DNA of 1,410 nucleotides from a phage: sequence record OR845965.1; one strand, 5' to 3'. Shown piece by piece: positions 1 to 1,410 of this stretch (position 1 is its first letter; each line of letters starts with the position of its first letter). The notes under the pieces were generated by a model. It saw only the letters and a program-made list of their open reading frames with translations, ran no database searches and was not told where the DNA came from. The position numbers and the translations under genes were made by a program.

Positions 1-141
1 GTACGGCTGTTGCAGGTACTGCGCGCTGGTTTCGCCCAGCAGGTTTCCCCACTCGTCATACTCCCCCTGCCACGCCGTTTCCCCTTCCGGGCTGATGAGC
101 GCCAGCGGCAGTCCCCGGTGGTCGCAGTGGTAAAGATGAAG
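1..141 (-). other. N-terminal part of the RHS repeat-associated core domain (truncated by window edge)
   Basis: Translation [47 protein letters not shown] matches the conserved start of the RHS repeat-associated core domain (TIGR03696-type) as I recall it. The remainder, including the DPxGL motif, would lie beyond coordinate 1. Confidence 0.75.
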
Positions 142-1410
142 TTTCCTCTCCGGGATGTATTCCGCCTCCAGCTGCGCGGCCATCTGCTCCGCCGTCAGCC
201 CGCACTGCGCAAGCCACTGCTGGCTTTCTTCACTCACGCTGCCCTGCCGCAGTTCCCGCTCCAGCCTCCCCAGCATCACCGCCAGCTCCGCCGGTAGCGT
301 CACACCCGTGTCCTCCTGCAACACCTCCGCCAGGCTACGGTGCCGCGCCTTCGCCTGTTCACCATTCTCTGTTTCGATTCTCAGGAGCGGCGTGAAGCTT
401 CCCGGCTGGTATACCGTCTGGATTCTTGTCTGTTGGGTCTGTACAGTGGTCAGCCTGTCACCGTCCCACCCGTACCAGGTCTCCTCCGGTTTACGCGACA
501 GCGACATCCACCCCGTCAGGTCACGCTCCCGCCGCCACACCCGTTTTCCCGTCCGGCGGCCCAGCGGGTCATAGAGGTACCGGCTCTCCACCTGTGGTTC
601 GCCGTGCTGTATCCGCGTGTAGAACACCAGGCGGTGCTGGCTGTCGTAGTGGTAGTGGTGGGTCCGCTCGTCGTGCATCCGGATAACCCCTTCCGGGATG
701 CGGTCCGTCTTCTCCGTCAGCCTGCCGTATTCATCGTAGCGGTAGACATAGTGCGCATCTTCCGCGATGCGGTTATCCGGCCACGCCGTGAGCGTGCTGT
801 CCGGATGCAGTTCCGGGTCCGGCAGCCGGTTTCCTGCCGGGTCCGTTGCATACGGGATGCGGATATCCAGGTCTGATGCAAGGGTGCGCACGCTCTCCAG
901 CCTGCCCGTGGCGCTGTAGCCATATTCCCGCGTCTGTCGCGGGCCGCTGATGCGCACCAGGTCGCCATTGTCATTCCAGTCGTAGTCACGGTCATACACC
1001 TGGCTGTTCAGGCGCTGGCTCTGTAAATGGCCTGCGGGAGTGTATGTGCTGGTCAGTTCGTATGCGTTATTGCCGAAGCTGCGCACCGTCTCGCGGTGCA
1101 GCCTGTCGCGCGTGAACTCCACCAGCGGCGTCCCGCCCAGCTTCATCCCCGCAAGATAACCGCTGCCGTAGGTCAGCCACTCCACCCGCGGCAGGCTGTC
1201 CGGCGTGACGCGGTTTGCCAGACCCTGTTCGTTGTATGCGTGCTCTGTCTCATGCTGCCACAGCAGTTCCCCCGTCTCCGGGTTATGCACCGTCTGGCGC
1301 TCCCCGGCCAGGCGGCCCTTATCATCATAACCGTAATGCACCGCCACCTGATGGCCTTCGCTCAGGTGGCTGATTTCTGTCAGCCAGCCGTGCTCGTCGT
1401 ACTGCCACTG
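1..1410 (-). CDS. rhs: Rhs-family core protein (YD-repeat / RHS repeat protein), internal fragment, partial at both 5' and 3' ends
   Basis: Seen in sequence: reverse-complement frame starting at 1410 is open for all 470 codons. The translation carries repeated YD-type motifs ([70 protein letters not shown]) and ends with [33 protein letters not shown], which I recognise from memory as the start of the enterobacterial RHS repeat-associated core domain. Paralog (rhsA/B/C/D-type) and species cannot be assigned without a database search; the segment differs in detail from the RhsA sequence I recall, so the generic symbol is used. Confidence 0.93.
142..444 (-). other. Non-repeat segment between the last YD repeats and the RHS core domain (charged, Ala/Glu/Leu/Gln-rich)
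   Basis: Translation [102 protein letters not shown] lacks YD motifs. Boundaries are approximate. Confidence 0.55.
445..1410 (-). other. YD-repeat (RHS repeat) region of the Rhs beta-shell; protein-level degenerate repeats, not DNA repeats
   Basis: Recurring Y-D/G-x-x-G-R-L-type motifs at irregular spacing (roughly 20-60 residues) in the translated minus-strand frame. Examples: 1381..1410, 1309..1341, 958..1002, 898..930, 718..753, 628..660, 556..585, 451..477. Confidence 0.85.

Noticed and set aside
10-297. Plus-strand ORF, 95 aa ([11 protein letters not shown]...)
   Set aside because: Antisense to the strongly supported Rhs frame; low-complexity Arg/Leu/Pro/Gln-rich translation typical of wrong-frame reading of GC-rich DNA. 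No recognisable motif.
155-574. Plus-strand ORF, 139 aa ([12 protein letters not shown]...)
   Set aside because: Antisense artefact; Ser/Cys/Arg-rich and overlapping other spurious plus-strand ORFs. Fully accounted for by the minus-strand Rhs CDS.
646-660. Short imperfect tandem DNA repeat gtagtggtagtggtg (encodes HHYHY on the minus strand)
   Set aside because: Only about 15 nt and simply the codon-level consequence of a His/Tyr-rich YD-repeat motif; no evidence of a functional repeat or slippage site.
426-686. Plus-strand ORF, 86 aa ([12 protein letters not shown]...)
   Set aside because: Antisense, overlaps two other spurious plus-strand ORFs; Gly/Ser/Ala/Arg/Pro-rich low-complexity translation.
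340-876. Plus-strand ORF, 178 aa ([12 protein letters not shown]...)
   Set aside because: Longest antisense ORF, but it runs opposite the codon bias, has Arg/Val/Pro-rich low-complexity content (VVVVVV run) and no recognisable domain. The Rhs frame covers the same bases with clear conserved motifs.
717-995. Minus-strand ORF, 92 aa ([13 protein letters not shown]...)
   Set aside because: Same strand as the Rhs CDS but out of frame with it. It begins at an internal ATG and shows none of the YD motifs that the correct frame shows over the same bases.
1-1410. Search for promoter, RBS, terminator, tRNA, CRISPR repeats, IS inverted repeats, or a novel defence/toxin system
   Set aside because: The window is intragenic from end to end in one continuous frame and no such structure is visible. 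Claiming a novel system here would be unsupported; any variable toxin/immunity module would lie outside the window beyond coordinate 1.

Overview
The whole 1410-nt window is an internal fragment of a single minus-strand gene encoding an Rhs-family (YD-repeat) core protein, open at both ends. Translating the reverse complement from position 1410 gives 470 codons with no stop, reading [37 protein letters not shown]...[17 protein letters not shown]...[17 protein letters not shown]...[48 protein letters not shown]. Positions 445..1410 encode degenerate YD repeats of the Rhs beta-shell, 142..444 a non-repeat segment, and 1..141 the start of the conserved RHS repeat-associated core domain. The gene's 3' direction runs off the left edge, so the DPxGL cleavage motif, the variable C-terminal toxin and any immunity gene, which are the parts that could be novel, are not in this window. 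I see no RNA gene, CRISPR array, IS element, promoter or terminator, and nothing here that indicates a previously undescribed system. All five ORFs in the supplied track are wrong-frame or antisense artefacts of this GC-rich gene. The window is compositionally GC-rich (about 60% by spot counts), as is typical of Rhs cores.
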